From positions 124,001 to 188,000 of the forward strand of contig CBFFRP010000218.1 in NCBI GenBank assembly GCA_965644295.1: a DNA stretch of 64,000 nt, written 5' to 3'. Origin of the DNA: Paraphysomonas bandaiensis (lineage: Eukaryota; Protista; Chrysophyceae). Positions 1-9,747 of this stretch are shown here, piece after piece; the first letter of the stretch is position 1, and each line of letters starts with the position of its first letter. Position numbers and translations under genes: made by a program. A model generated the notes under the pieces. The model ran no database searches and had not been told where the DNA came from. It saw only the letters and a list, made by a program, of their open reading frames with translations.

Positions 1-99
1 ATGTAAGAATATAAAATAATAAAAAAATATATAAATGCTATTGATAAACTAACGTTTTAAAAACATTATAGAATTATTTTTTTGTAATGAGACATTATA

Positions 100-429
100 A
101 TGTCAAAGGCCGAAAGTAATAAATTTTTCTTTATGGAAATGGAAGGTAAAATTTTTAGTGTTAAACGTGATCACAAAACAAACGTACAGGACGAAATAGA
201 ACAAGGCAAAAAGGAAATGAACATTTTAATAGATAAACAGAATAGCATAAAAGAAGAATTATTAAAACTTAACAATAAAATAAGTGATAAAAAAATGTCT
301 TTGTTAACAAAGAGGCAGCTATTAGAATTATACCGCGGCAAGAGACGCATACCGTGCTTGAATTTATTCAAAAAAAATGTTACCGATGTTTATATTGATG
401 ATGACACAGACAGCGACGAGGACTATTAA
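100..429 (+). CDS. Viral hypothetical coiled-coil protein (paralog of 509..793)
   Basis: 109 aa ORF; EGKIFSVKRDHKTNVQDEI...LLTKRQLL aligns with KGEVYSIRKTHMPKIQEEI...LLNERQLI. Confidence 0.65.
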   Translation: MSKAESNKFFFMEMEGKIFSVKRDHKTNVQDEIEQGKKEMNILIDKQNSIKEELLKLNNKISDKKMSLLTKRQLLELYRGKRRIPCLNLFKKNVTDVYIDDDTDSDEDY

Positions 430-508
430 CAACAATTTAAATTTATTTCAATTATTACATATGTAAAAATATAAAATAATTAAAAAAAATATATAGTTAT
501 ATATTATA

Positions 509-793
509 ATGAGTGAGTATTTATTAAAGTTGAAAGGTGAAGTATACAGTATTAGAAAAACGCATATGCCTAAAATTCAGGAAGAGATAAGAAATTTAGA
601 CAGAGAAATAGAAGACATGAAAATTACATTATCAGAACTTCAAAAACAAAAGAAAGAGTTACAAGTAGAGCTATTAAATGAACGGCAATTAATCATATAT
701 GAAAATAAGGACGAAGATAAAAGGACTGAATTATTAAGAAAATATGATTTTCTACACGGTGAATATCGCAGTGATTCTGTAGGATGGAAATAA
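509..793 (+). CDS. Viral hypothetical coiled-coil protein (paralog of 100..429)
   Basis: 94 aa ORF, heptad-like, similar upstream AT motif. Confidence 0.65.
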   Translation: MSEYLLKLKGEVYSIRKTHMPKIQEEIRNLDREIEDMKITLSELQKQKKELQVELLNERQLIIYENKDEDKRTELLRKYDFLHGEYRSDSVGWK

Positions 794-829
794 AATATTA
801 TAATAATATAAATATATGCTATTATTATA

Positions 830-1276
830 ATGCCACACACAGATATAAAATATTTCATATGTTGTGAAAATGTTGATGATGAAGCAAAAGGTGAATGCGT
901 GGATGATAACGATATAATATATAAACATCGTGATTGTTCTGACTGCAAAAAGCATAAATTAAGTAAAACAGTTGATGAAGTTCAGGATGTAATACACAGA
1001 CGTTTTAAAAAACGTTTTGATGTCGCTATGTTACATTATCCTTATGAATTTTCTACATTTTTAAATAATTGTTCAGAACAATATATTAACGATAATAATT
1101 TAAAAGAAAGAAAAAACGAAGTTATTACCAAAGATGGCCGTTATTTATGGGATAAACTCTTAAATGCAATTGAATACATCATAGAAAACGACGGAAATAA
1201 AAGAAAAATGAAAACAAAAAAATGGAAATATTCATTAAATGTTGTTGACAAACTAATGGATGATGATGATGATTGA
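830..1276 (+). CDS. Viral hypothetical protein with Cys/His cluster
   Basis: 148 aa ORF in the AT-rich block; CC...C...HxxCxxC; acidic C-terminus. Confidence 0.6.
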   Translation: MPHTDIKYFICCENVDDEAKGECVDDNDIIYKHRDCSDCKKHKLSKTVDEVQDVIHRRFKKRFDVAMLHYPYEFSTFLNNCSEQYINDNNLKERKNEVITKDGRYLWDKLLNAIEYIIENDGNKRKMKTKKWKYSLNVVDKLMDDDDD

Positions 1277-1544
1277 TAAACTGATAAGGTAAATTAAGGG
1301 ATAAAAACGCGATAATTGTTCGCGAAATTATCCCTTAGATGTAAAATATATAAATATATTATGTGATATACTTATATATGGTGAATATCGCAGTGATTCT
1401 GTAGGATGGAAATAAAATATTATAAAAAAATGCAATTGATAAACTGATAAGGTAAATTAAGGGATAAAAATGCGATAATTGTTCGCGAAATTATCCCTTA
1501 GATGTAAAATATATAAATATATTATGTGATATACTTATATATGG
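1272..1544 (+). repeat. 110-bp direct repeat (1272-1381, 1435-1544) separated by a copy of 758-802
   Basis: Near-identical sequences read directly. Confidence 0.9.
1295..1337 (+). terminator. Stem-loop downstream of ORF 830..1276 (second copy 1458-1500), putative 3'-end signal
   Basis: TAAGGGATAA...CGCGA...TCGCG...TTATCCCTTA inverted arms; function inferred. Confidence 0.45.
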
Positions 1545-1756
1545 ACGGCCTAGAATGGGAAATAGACTATGATAATTATGAATTTCCAAAGAAAAATGTT
1601 ATAGACTTAGACAAAGTAATTAACTTAGACACACCAAAATTAAACAGAAATAATAATATAGATACAGTCATGTTGACTTATGATTTTGCAAATATAAATA
1701 TATCTGATAATGTTAATGGAGAAAATACAGATTGTTCTAAACAGCAAGACAGCTAA
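1541..1756 (+). CDS. Small acidic viral hypothetical protein
   Basis: ATG at 1541 follows the shared upstream motif; overlaps the next ORF start. Confidence 0.4.
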   Translation: MDGLEWEIDYDNYEFPKKNVIDLDKVINLDTPKLNRNNNIDTVMLTYDFANINISDNVNGENTDCSKQQDS

Positions 1757-2447
1757 TCAATACCTAAATAATAAAACTACTGATTGTATTTTTATATTAC
1801 CGAAGATAGACGTTAAACGACGTCATAAAGCCTATATATCAGTAATTGATGCCTCTATCCCATATTCATTTTATAATGTTAATTCAACCAATAACACACT
1901 GAATTATACATTAAATAGTATTCCATATTCACTTACAATTACAAAAGCCAATTATAATATTAGAACTTTAATAAGTTATTTACAGTCCAATTTAGAGCCA
2001 GGATTTACAATAACTTATAACTCATCAACTAATAAATTACAATTTACCCATAGTACTTATGATTTTTCTTTTTCAAATACTTCAACCTGTTTTGAATTAT
2101 TAGGATTTGAAGATAATATACCCTATTATTCAGATTCATTAACATTATTATCAACAATTGGTATAAATTTATTTACAGTAAGAAACGTTTTAATAGCATC
2201 GTCCAATTTTGTTTTAAATAATATAAATAGTGCCACACCTAATAAAGCCTCTATTATTACCTCTGTACCTGTTGATGTTAATGCAGGATCTATTATTAAT
2301 TATAAAAACATTAATAATATTAAGAGCTTAGTACATGATATACATAATATAAATACTTTACATGTCCAATTATTAGACCAAGACGCAGATGTATTGGAAT
2401 TAAACGGTTTACATTGGTCTTTAAATTTATTATTAACTATTGAATAA
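1710..2447 (+). CDS. PLV minor capsid protein (penton, single jelly-roll)
   Basis: Motifs SIPYSFYNVN, ANYNIRTLISYL, ELLGF, LLDQDADVLELNGLHWSLNL are typical of PLV pentons; about 245 aa; located upstream of MCP. Confidence 0.75.
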   Translation: MLMEKIQIVLNSKTANQYLNNKTTDCIFILPKIDVKRRHKAYISVIDASIPYSFYNVNSTNNTLNYTLNSIPYSLTITKANYNIRTLISYLQSNLEPGFTITYNSSTNKLQFTHSTYDFSFSNTSTCFELLGFEDNIPYYSDSLTLLSTIGINLFTVRNVLIASSNFVLNNINSATPNKASIITSVPVDVNAGSIINYKNINNIKSLVHDIHNINTLHVQLLDQDADVLELNGLHWSLNLLLTIE

Positions 2448-2477
2448 AAAATATTTCTCTCAATATAGTATATATAC

Positions 2478-2918
2478 ATGTCAAAACTAGGCAAAAAGCT
2501 AAATCGTAAATTTCGTAAACTAGGACGCAAGGCGGACCATCGCATACATAAACTAGGACAAAAGACGCACGACGTATTAGATAAGGTCCAACATGGAGTA
2601 AATAAAGGTCTTGATAAATCAGCAAAAGCAATTAACGCAGCAGATAAAATATTAGGCGTCGGCGATAAAACTATACACGCTATTAATGAAGCAGGATTAA
2701 ATACAATGCCCGTTGTTGGATCAGCATCTAGACTATTGGAAGCAGGATTACACGAAGGGCATAAAGGCGTACATAAGCTACATAAGCTACACAATAAAGC
2801 CGATAAACACAGTAAACAAGCATTTAAAAAGGCTCATAACGCAGGTAATAAATTAGAAAAACACAACACAAGAAAAGCTTTAGCTAAGTTAACACAAGAT
2901 GACAGCACATTTATATAA
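2478..2918 (+). CDS. Highly basic Lys/His-rich viral protein, putative core/DNA-condensing protein
   Basis: 146 aa, K/H/R-rich termini, between penton and MCP. Confidence 0.6.
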   Translation: MSKLGKKLNRKFRKLGRKADHRIHKLGQKTHDVLDKVQHGVNKGLDKSAKAINAADKILGVGDKTIHAINEAGLNTMPVVGSASRLLEAGLHEGHKGVHKLHKLHNKADKHSKQAFKKAHNAGNKLEKHNTRKALAKLTQDDSTFI

Positions 2919-2966
2919 ATTATATTTTATTATACTATAAAAAATATTTATCTATTTATAGTATAT

Positions 2967-3641
2967 ATGTCAGGATTACCAAAAAACGTATTATATACAA
3001 ATAATATAAATTCAAGTTATGCGCGTAATTATCAGAATAATATAGCTCCACAAAATGGTTTGGGGCCATATGGTGCAGGAGAGACCATAATTATTAATAT
3101 TCCTACCGGTCGTAATCTCGTAATGTCTGGTGCTGATTCACTTTTAAAATTATCATTGATTGTAAACACAGCAACAACTACGGCGGTTTCAGAATTCGTA
3201 AGACTAGATAAAGCCGGTATACATTCCCTAATTTCTAGAGTGCGAGTATTTCATGGCTCTACTTTACTTTCAGATATTCAGAATTATAATAATCTAGTCG
3301 GTGAGCTCATGGCTTTGCAACAGTCTAACGACTCTTTTATTATTAACAAACACACAATTTTATCAGGAACGGAAAGTTTCAGTATTGTTGACAGCACAAC
3401 AAGCACAAACGAGGGTTTAATTGTTGGTGAAAGACTTAATGAATTCACACAAGTTGCAGATGGGGGCAGTACAACTAAACGATATTATACAGTACCAATA
3501 ATGAATTTTTTAAGCTACAGTGATAAATATATTCCACTGTTCGCAATGACCGGCGCACCTTTACGACTAGAAATAGTTCTGGTTAATAATCCATTAGAGG
3601 GCATTTGTTGCGATAAAGCCATAGATTCAGTTGAAGTATAA
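2967..3641 (+). pseudogene. PLV major capsid protein, N-terminal half (truncated by insertion at 3629)
   Basis: IAPQNG.GPY..GETIIINIPTG, GIHSLISRVRVFHGSTLLSDIQNYN, KYIPLFAMTGAPLRLEIVL; the stop codon lies inside the LTR-like segment. Confidence 0.75.
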
Positions 3642-3724
3642 ACTTCGCTTCCGTAGTTTCCCTATTACATACGTACGACGTATATTATTCTCTTTCCACC
3701 AAGTCTATACTTTATAGTTCAACT
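3629..3724 (+). mobile_element. Short LTR-like segment followed by PBS-like TGGTAGCGG (3725-3733)
   Basis: 13/14-bp terminal inverted repeat AGTTGAAGTATAAA / TTTATAGTTCAACT; TGG starts immediately after; gag-like ORF downstream. Confidence 0.55.
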
Positions 3725-3777
3725 TGGTAGCGGATTCTCGCGATCTATAACCTTTGTTTGCCCTTTTACTCATTAGC

Positions 3778-4374
3778 ATGGCACTCCCTGTCTCCAAAAA
3801 CCCTATCCAGGAGTTAACACTGGATCAATGCAAACGATTATCATCCCACCTCGATAATCTGTCTCTTATACTTCCCTCTTGGGATGTTCCGCAGTATCCA
3901 GCACGTCTGCAAGACTTTGAAGCCTTCGAAACAGACTTTCGAGCAATGCTGAAGTCGACAAAACTATTGGACATCATCACCGAGAAGTCCATACGTGTTG
4001 CGACACCTCCTATTGATGCTGATGATGATGTCAAAGCGCTTGCGGAATGGCGTCAATCACTGTATGACGAAAAAAATATGATCGTATACTCTGCATTATG
4101 GCGCGCATTCCAGACCAATCGCTATATCACCATGTCCAATAGGCCGCCCAGACTACTCCCGAGACCCCGTCCGAAACGCAGTCAGTCAAGACAACGTCCG
4201 AGAGTCCTTCGACTACTAGGGGTCCAACGAAGACCCCCACAGCGTCCCCGACTCCAGACACACGTGCACACCTCACAGGTCCTACCCGACAGAGCACTGG
4301 ACTGCCCAGACCTCCACAACGCCGACGGCTTCGACAACTCTATCTACACCCGCGGCCCCACAGGAGCACAGTAA
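3778..4374 (+). pseudogene. Copia-like gag N-terminal fragment
   Basis: LPSWD...DFEAFETDFRAMLKSTKLLDII...EW...YDEKNMIVYSAL resembles Ty1/Copia gag; degenerates after about 4140; no pol. Confidence 0.5.
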
Positions 4375-4859
4375 CACAGACTACAAACCCAACTCCTCCT
4401 CCCAACAATCCCCACCACTCTCAACCCACACATCTGGAACTAGGTGCACTCAGGACCCTAATCCAGAACGCTGAGCCCCCTCCAACACCAATGGAGACCC
4501 ATCCCAAAGGGAGACCCCCAGATCAATAGCGCCGGTGAGTCCACGGACACACGATAAAGGCGAATTCCATATCACACAAAAGAACGGAAGTGGTTGCACC
4601 TTGGTGCTTGCGGCGACGCACAAGCAGCTTTCGTAGCGTTAAATAGTAGGATAAAAGAGTTTGTATTGATTAGTTACGGGTAGTGGTCTAACTAGTATGA
4701 CTAGCATTCTTCTAGCCACTAATTGATGCAAGGTCTCAACGCCTATTGCTAAATAATCAGACATTCACTACTATTCACTACTATAGCCAAGAAGGGCGTC
4801 AAACATGCGGATTTTTCTTGACAAGAGGAACTCGAGAGAATTTCGGGAAATGAAAGACT

Positions 4860-5721
4860 CCACTGGGGCGATTTATTGTCCTTTATAAGAAAGTATCTCC
4901 TTACTCCAGCGAACTTTTGAAAGCTGAAACAATATTTGACGCAAATTGAAAAATTACAGAGTGTTACGCTCGCCTTACAAAGAGATGGAACCAATTTGTA
5001 CCAAGCCCGCCAGTTATTTGATATACTGCAACAGGGATCTCAAGCGCTGCATCCATACCTTTCCCTGAATGCAAGCATTGTTGCCAGTGCAATTTTTGTG
5101 AAGGCAGTGTGGCTAAAATTCAAGGGAACGATGAAAGAGAGTTGACAGGAAATGAGGGAAGAACAGTTTGACATCTGCAACTAGATTCATCCATTGATGC
5201 TGGTGCACCTAACAGAAATAACGAGGATGAGAGTGAAGGAATGGATTTTGAGCAGCGTGTTCTGGACAGAGCCGAGTTCACCAAGAGAGCTCGACTTGGT
5301 ACCTATGAGTCCAACTACCGCTGCGTGTTTCATATTGAAGCACAATCTAATATTGTTGAGAGGCTCTTTATTGTCGTGCAAAGTTGATTATGACACCTGA
5401 GCGTAGAAACATGAATCTATATCGTCTAGAATCGTTGCTACTCCTACGAGCCAATTACATGTTGTGGGATGCTTACCTTCATGAATCCCTGCAAGAAGAT
5501 CCTGATGTGCCAGAAGAGGGCGAGAAGTAGTTTCAGTTACAATTCGTAGTCTGCTATTTAACTAAATATTAGTTATTTAATTAAAAATTAGTAATTATGG
5601 GAGCACTATACTATCTATTATGAGCGGTATTATCTACTTTATGTTAGTAGATATTAATGGCCATTATAATTGCCGGGAATTGGACTACCATAAATGAGCC
5701 ATTAATGGTTACTAAGCCCTG
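4860..5721 (+). mobile_element. Decayed hAT-like transposon 3' end (frameshifted transposase C-terminus plus right TIR ...AAGCCCTG)
   Basis: LQSVTLALQRDGTNLYQARQLFD; SNIVERLF, KLIMTPERRNM, LESLLLLRANYMLWD across frameshifts. Confidence 0.7.
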
Positions 5722-8103
5722 CTCAAGGGTAGGTACGTAGAGTATATACCTGGGCTCGTCCTCTATGTACCCCATAATCTATCCGACATGGGATATTGTT
5801 GTTATTGATATGGTGCAGCCTGAATAATGATCCCTCTAGAGTGTTACAATGTTGTTTGAGCAATTGCACATGACGCGTTTTACCTCACGTGATTTTGCAC
5901 TCAATTTTAAGGTCTTGCCTTTGAAGTGCTCCTCGATCTCAGGCCATGCCCTTTCTTCGTCTCCTTCTGCATTATTTTTTGAATTATGTCGTCGGCTTAC
6001 TCGTTTTGACTGCTCTGGAAAGCAGTAAACATAGTAAGTTGTTGCCCTATATTGCAAATTTTCGTATTAGTTAAAGACTTCACATGAAGTGTAAAGCCTA
6101 AACGGATACAACTAGTATCTTACGTGGACCAATCACATGATGATGATAACTCAGTCGATGGACATTTAATTATATATAGTTGTTTTCACGTGTATGATAC
6201 ATGTTAAGGGGTATTCTACGAGAAGATATTCTAATTATTACTATTATTACTGAATTTCTAGGACTTTTAGCCTTTTCGTACAACACTAATACCTTATAAA
6301 AACCTGAAAATCACTTAAAATGTGTAAAAACTACAACTACTACACTTATATTACTTAATAGAAATGTTTAGACGACTGTGTCTCTTTATGTAAATGAAAC
6401 GTGATGTTTTGATCCTTTAGGCATGGTGAAGTACTTATACCAGAATCTTCATCAACCCGTGTTGAGTTTTGCTACGTAAGAGGAATTAAAAACTGTAGTT
6501 CGAATGTATTTGATTTATGACCGTTACATGAAGAATACAGCAGTGTTTAACAGATTTAAATGAGCACATAAACACATGAACTATTGAGATGATAGAAATA
6601 ATTGTAGTGAAAGTGAAATAAGTTGACTGTCTATATAAGATCGTACGAAAATAATTGGTAGTTAAGATAACATGAATTTGGCGAATGACAATGAGCGCTA
6701 TGTGAAATTGATCATAATTTATATTTTACGCATTTAGTGTGAATTACGCTTAGTTATTAACGCCTTTGCCATCCTATTATGTGAAATCTTGATAACCTGA
6801 ACTTACTATTAACACCTACTTCACAAATATTTATTGTATTATAGCTAGTTAAAATATCATATGATCATCATATCTTCTAAAGTTAATGAGTACTTTTTAA
6901 GTTTTTAAAATTATATTTAATTGACATCCATTTCCACCCAAACTTCTTGTTCCTCTTTGTAATCATGTTTCCCTACATCTACCCTGTCGTCGCATTAATA
7001 CCACATCCGTTTCATCGACATCCTTGCAGACAAATGAGCTACTTCCGAGAAAACAAACTTCCCATGATACAAAACTTCTTGTGCCCGTGTGCCCCCTACA
7101 CTTTTCTCTGGTTCCGAAGACTTGCTCTGTGAGATATTCCATCGTTCGCGCAACAAACTGCTTCGCACCTTTCCATAATTATTCGGTGGGTTTCTGCTCA
7201 GGATGATATGGAGGAGTCACGAATGCACGACACTAACATAGCCCTGGACTCTATAAAAGTGTTCAACTCGGAACAGTCTCTGTAGGTTATCACATCGAAC
7301 TGCTCCTTGATGCGGATGTAATCTCTTGAGACCATAAACGAGGTTGTCTGAGTGAGGATTGACCTCTTCGCATGACTTATCGAGGCTGGCGGTCTATCTC
7401 GCTTCCTGGTTTGACTAAAGGGCTAGTGAGGTATATCACATGAGTATCGCTGTGTTGATAGAGGGTCATGGGCCACACCTAGAAGAGTACTCTATATGCA
7501 TATATCCACATCCATATCCATGCCATAGACGCAGCTACAGCGTTCAGTACTGTATATCTGATGCGGTTATGTGACTGTGTGTCCGTGTGAAGAGTATGGT
7601 ATACTGTATATACGGGTATACACGACTGCAATGAATTGCTGTAGACTGCTATGAAAATTCATGAAACCGTAATCAGGGCTATCAAACGTGCAAACGACGT
7701 GGAAGCTTTTGAAATTTCAATATCCGGCCCGTAGTATGCTGTATGCTGTAGTGTATGAGAAAGAACAGTCAGTGGTTCAGTGGAAATCGTCAGCACATGG
7801 AAATACACTTCCTGGTTCAATAGACATGTGTCGTAGAACTGTATTTCCTCATATATATTCCCCACCCACTACAACACATACACACTATACTGCTGTACTG
7901 TACGCTACACTGCATAGTGACACTGTGTGTCGGGAATATACTGACTGTCCTTCTCCTCTAGGATGACTTACTTATCAGTGTCGCCGTAGAGACGAGACAC
8001 ATAGCTATAATCTGAAGTCGTGTTTTATACCGTATGAGTGGGTGGTGTTGCCCGTGTCTGATCTATAGTCTATAGCTGATCGCCTATATATACATATAGA
8101 GAT

Positions 8104-9747
8104 ATGCAGGATAGGCCGGGGTCGGGTAGAGTGGTGTCTCTGGACTCCTCCTCGTATGGACAGAGATGCTACAGCAGTGACTCAGCGACGAGGTCGTATT
8201 CGGCCGCGTCTGTTATGCAGCCGCTGAGTTTCAATCGTGTTCATGAGGACATCGCTCATCCGCTCTCTTCTCTGCGCAGCTGCAGTGAGTTCGGCCTGAA
8301 CGGACTATCCACAGCTGCTCAACACAAAGAACATAATAGAAAATCAAAGTCTCTCTGGGCGCGATTATTTCATTGGGGATCAGACTACGACAGTGAGGAC
8401 AGAGAGTCCCTTGAGATGTCTCTGCGCCCTCGTGAAGACGAAACTGTCCCGTCGTGTATGTCTCTTCACACTGAGCGAAGCAGTTCCCGATCCATATCTG
8501 GATGCAGTAGAACTTCCTCTTTTGTATCACCTATGAAAACAAAACCAAGGAAGAGGAGACGCCCTGAGCCAAGTGTATCTGCTGAGGTGGCAGCTACCCT
8601 CGACTTCGTGTTTGGCTTTGGATCGAAATCGAAAGACCCACCGAAAGAAATTGAGCTGAAGGACCTTAAGAACCCTTCAGCCCTTGCACAGTTGTCTGCC
8701 CACATGGAACCCACAACAACTATCTTCCCAGACTTACCTATACGTCGTACGGTGTCTCTGCGCAGTTTCCAGCAGATTATTGGCGAAGATGGCCGGTCCA
8801 GTTCCAGTCATAGTAGTGAGACAGGGTCCGTACACAGTGCTGCGCATACATTCAACCCCTTCAGTTTAGCAGACTGGACGGAGGCGGTGGTTATGTTTGT
8901 CGATCCGTATACATCAGCTATGCGCGTAAGGGGCCAAGTAGAAGACAACGAGCTCTTCTACACTCTGCAGGGACAACCCTTTTCTTCTGGCATATACCTA
9001 AGAGGGATGCTCTCAGCTGGTATGAATAACACACTTTTCCACACATATAGTTTGCTGTTTCTTCCGCAACTACATCTTCCTGGGGATGTATCGCTGTCTG
9101 CCCTCTGGTTCCAGCGCGCTGTAGTTGGTTTGCTGGTCCTGCAGGTTCTACTCAACTTAGTAGCGACACCAATTCGCGTACTACTACACTATACCTGTTG
9201 GAGCACATGCCGCTCTCTTGATGCAGAGACTGCATCGCAGGCACTTCAGGACCTAGTACAGTCTGACACGTGGATGTTGAACCGTATATTAGCTTGGACG
9301 TTGGATATTGTTGCTCTTGTTGTACTGGGTATTGGTCAGATATACCTTTGGGCCACCGCTGAGGGATGGGTGGGTAACGCGTCACAGTCCGCTACTGACC
9401 CACTACTTGCTGTCTTGGTCGGTATGTGTGCTACTAATATGCTTTCCTTCCTCATGCGGGCCGCGGTTGCTGTTGTCTATTTCATTAGTTTCATCGACAC
9501 CAGGGAAGAGCAGGGTCGGCGACGCGGGGGACTATCGAACTTTGATCTGGATCGTATGCCCACTTTTGTATACACAAACAAAGAGGAGGTCGTCAACGAC
9601 GAGTGTTCAATTTGTCTAACGCAGTTCCAGATGGGAGAAATGCTAATTTCTCTGCCTTGTCACCAGCGACACAGTTTCCATGCTGGGTGTATCAGAGAAT
9701 GGCTGCACAGGCAAAATGTGTGTCCACTGTGTCAAAAGACGTGTTAA
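8104..9747 (+). CDS. Transmembrane RING-H2 E3 ubiquitin ligase
   Basis: C-terminal CSIC...LPC...HSFH..CI..WL....VCPLC; several hydrophobic segments; Ser-rich N-terminus. Confidence 0.9.
   Translation: MQDRPGSGRVVSLDSSSYGQRCYSSDSATRSYSAASVMQPLSFNRVHEDIAHPLSSLRSCSEFGLNGLSTAAQHKEHNRKSKSLWARLFHWGSDYDSEDRESLEMSLRPREDETVPSCMSLHTERSSSRSISGCSRTSSFVSPMKTKPRKRRRPEPSVSAEVAATLDFVFGFGSKSKDPPKEIELKDLKNPSALAQLSAHMEPTTTIFPDLPIRRTVSLRSFQQIIGEDGRSSSSHSSETGSVHSAAHTFNPFSLADWTEAVVMFVDPYTSAMRVRGQVEDNELFYTLQGQPFSSGIYLRGMLSAGMNNTLFHTYSLLFLPQLHLPGDVSLSALWFQRAVVGLLVLQVLLNLVATPIRVLLHYTCWSTCRSLDAETASQALQDLVQSDTWMLNRILAWTLDIVALVVLGIGQIYLWATAEGWVGNASQSATDPLLAVLVGMCATNMLSFLMRAAVAVVYFISFIDTREEQGRRRGGLSNFDLDRMPTFVYTNKEEVVNDECSICLTQFQMGEMLISLPCHQRHSFHAGCIREWLHRQNVCPLCQKTC

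Larger units (their letters stand above)
1..3628 (+). mobile_element. Endogenous Polinton-like virus (PLV) fragment; extends beyond the left window edge, truncated on the right
   Basis: Very AT-rich, intronless, tightly packed co-oriented ORFs including penton-like and MCP-like genes; abrupt compositional change at about 3630. Confidence 0.8.

Noticed and set aside
6917-7560. Possible small spliced gene on the minus strand
   Set aside because: Coding-like composition, but I could not build a consistent exon chain or recognise a domain
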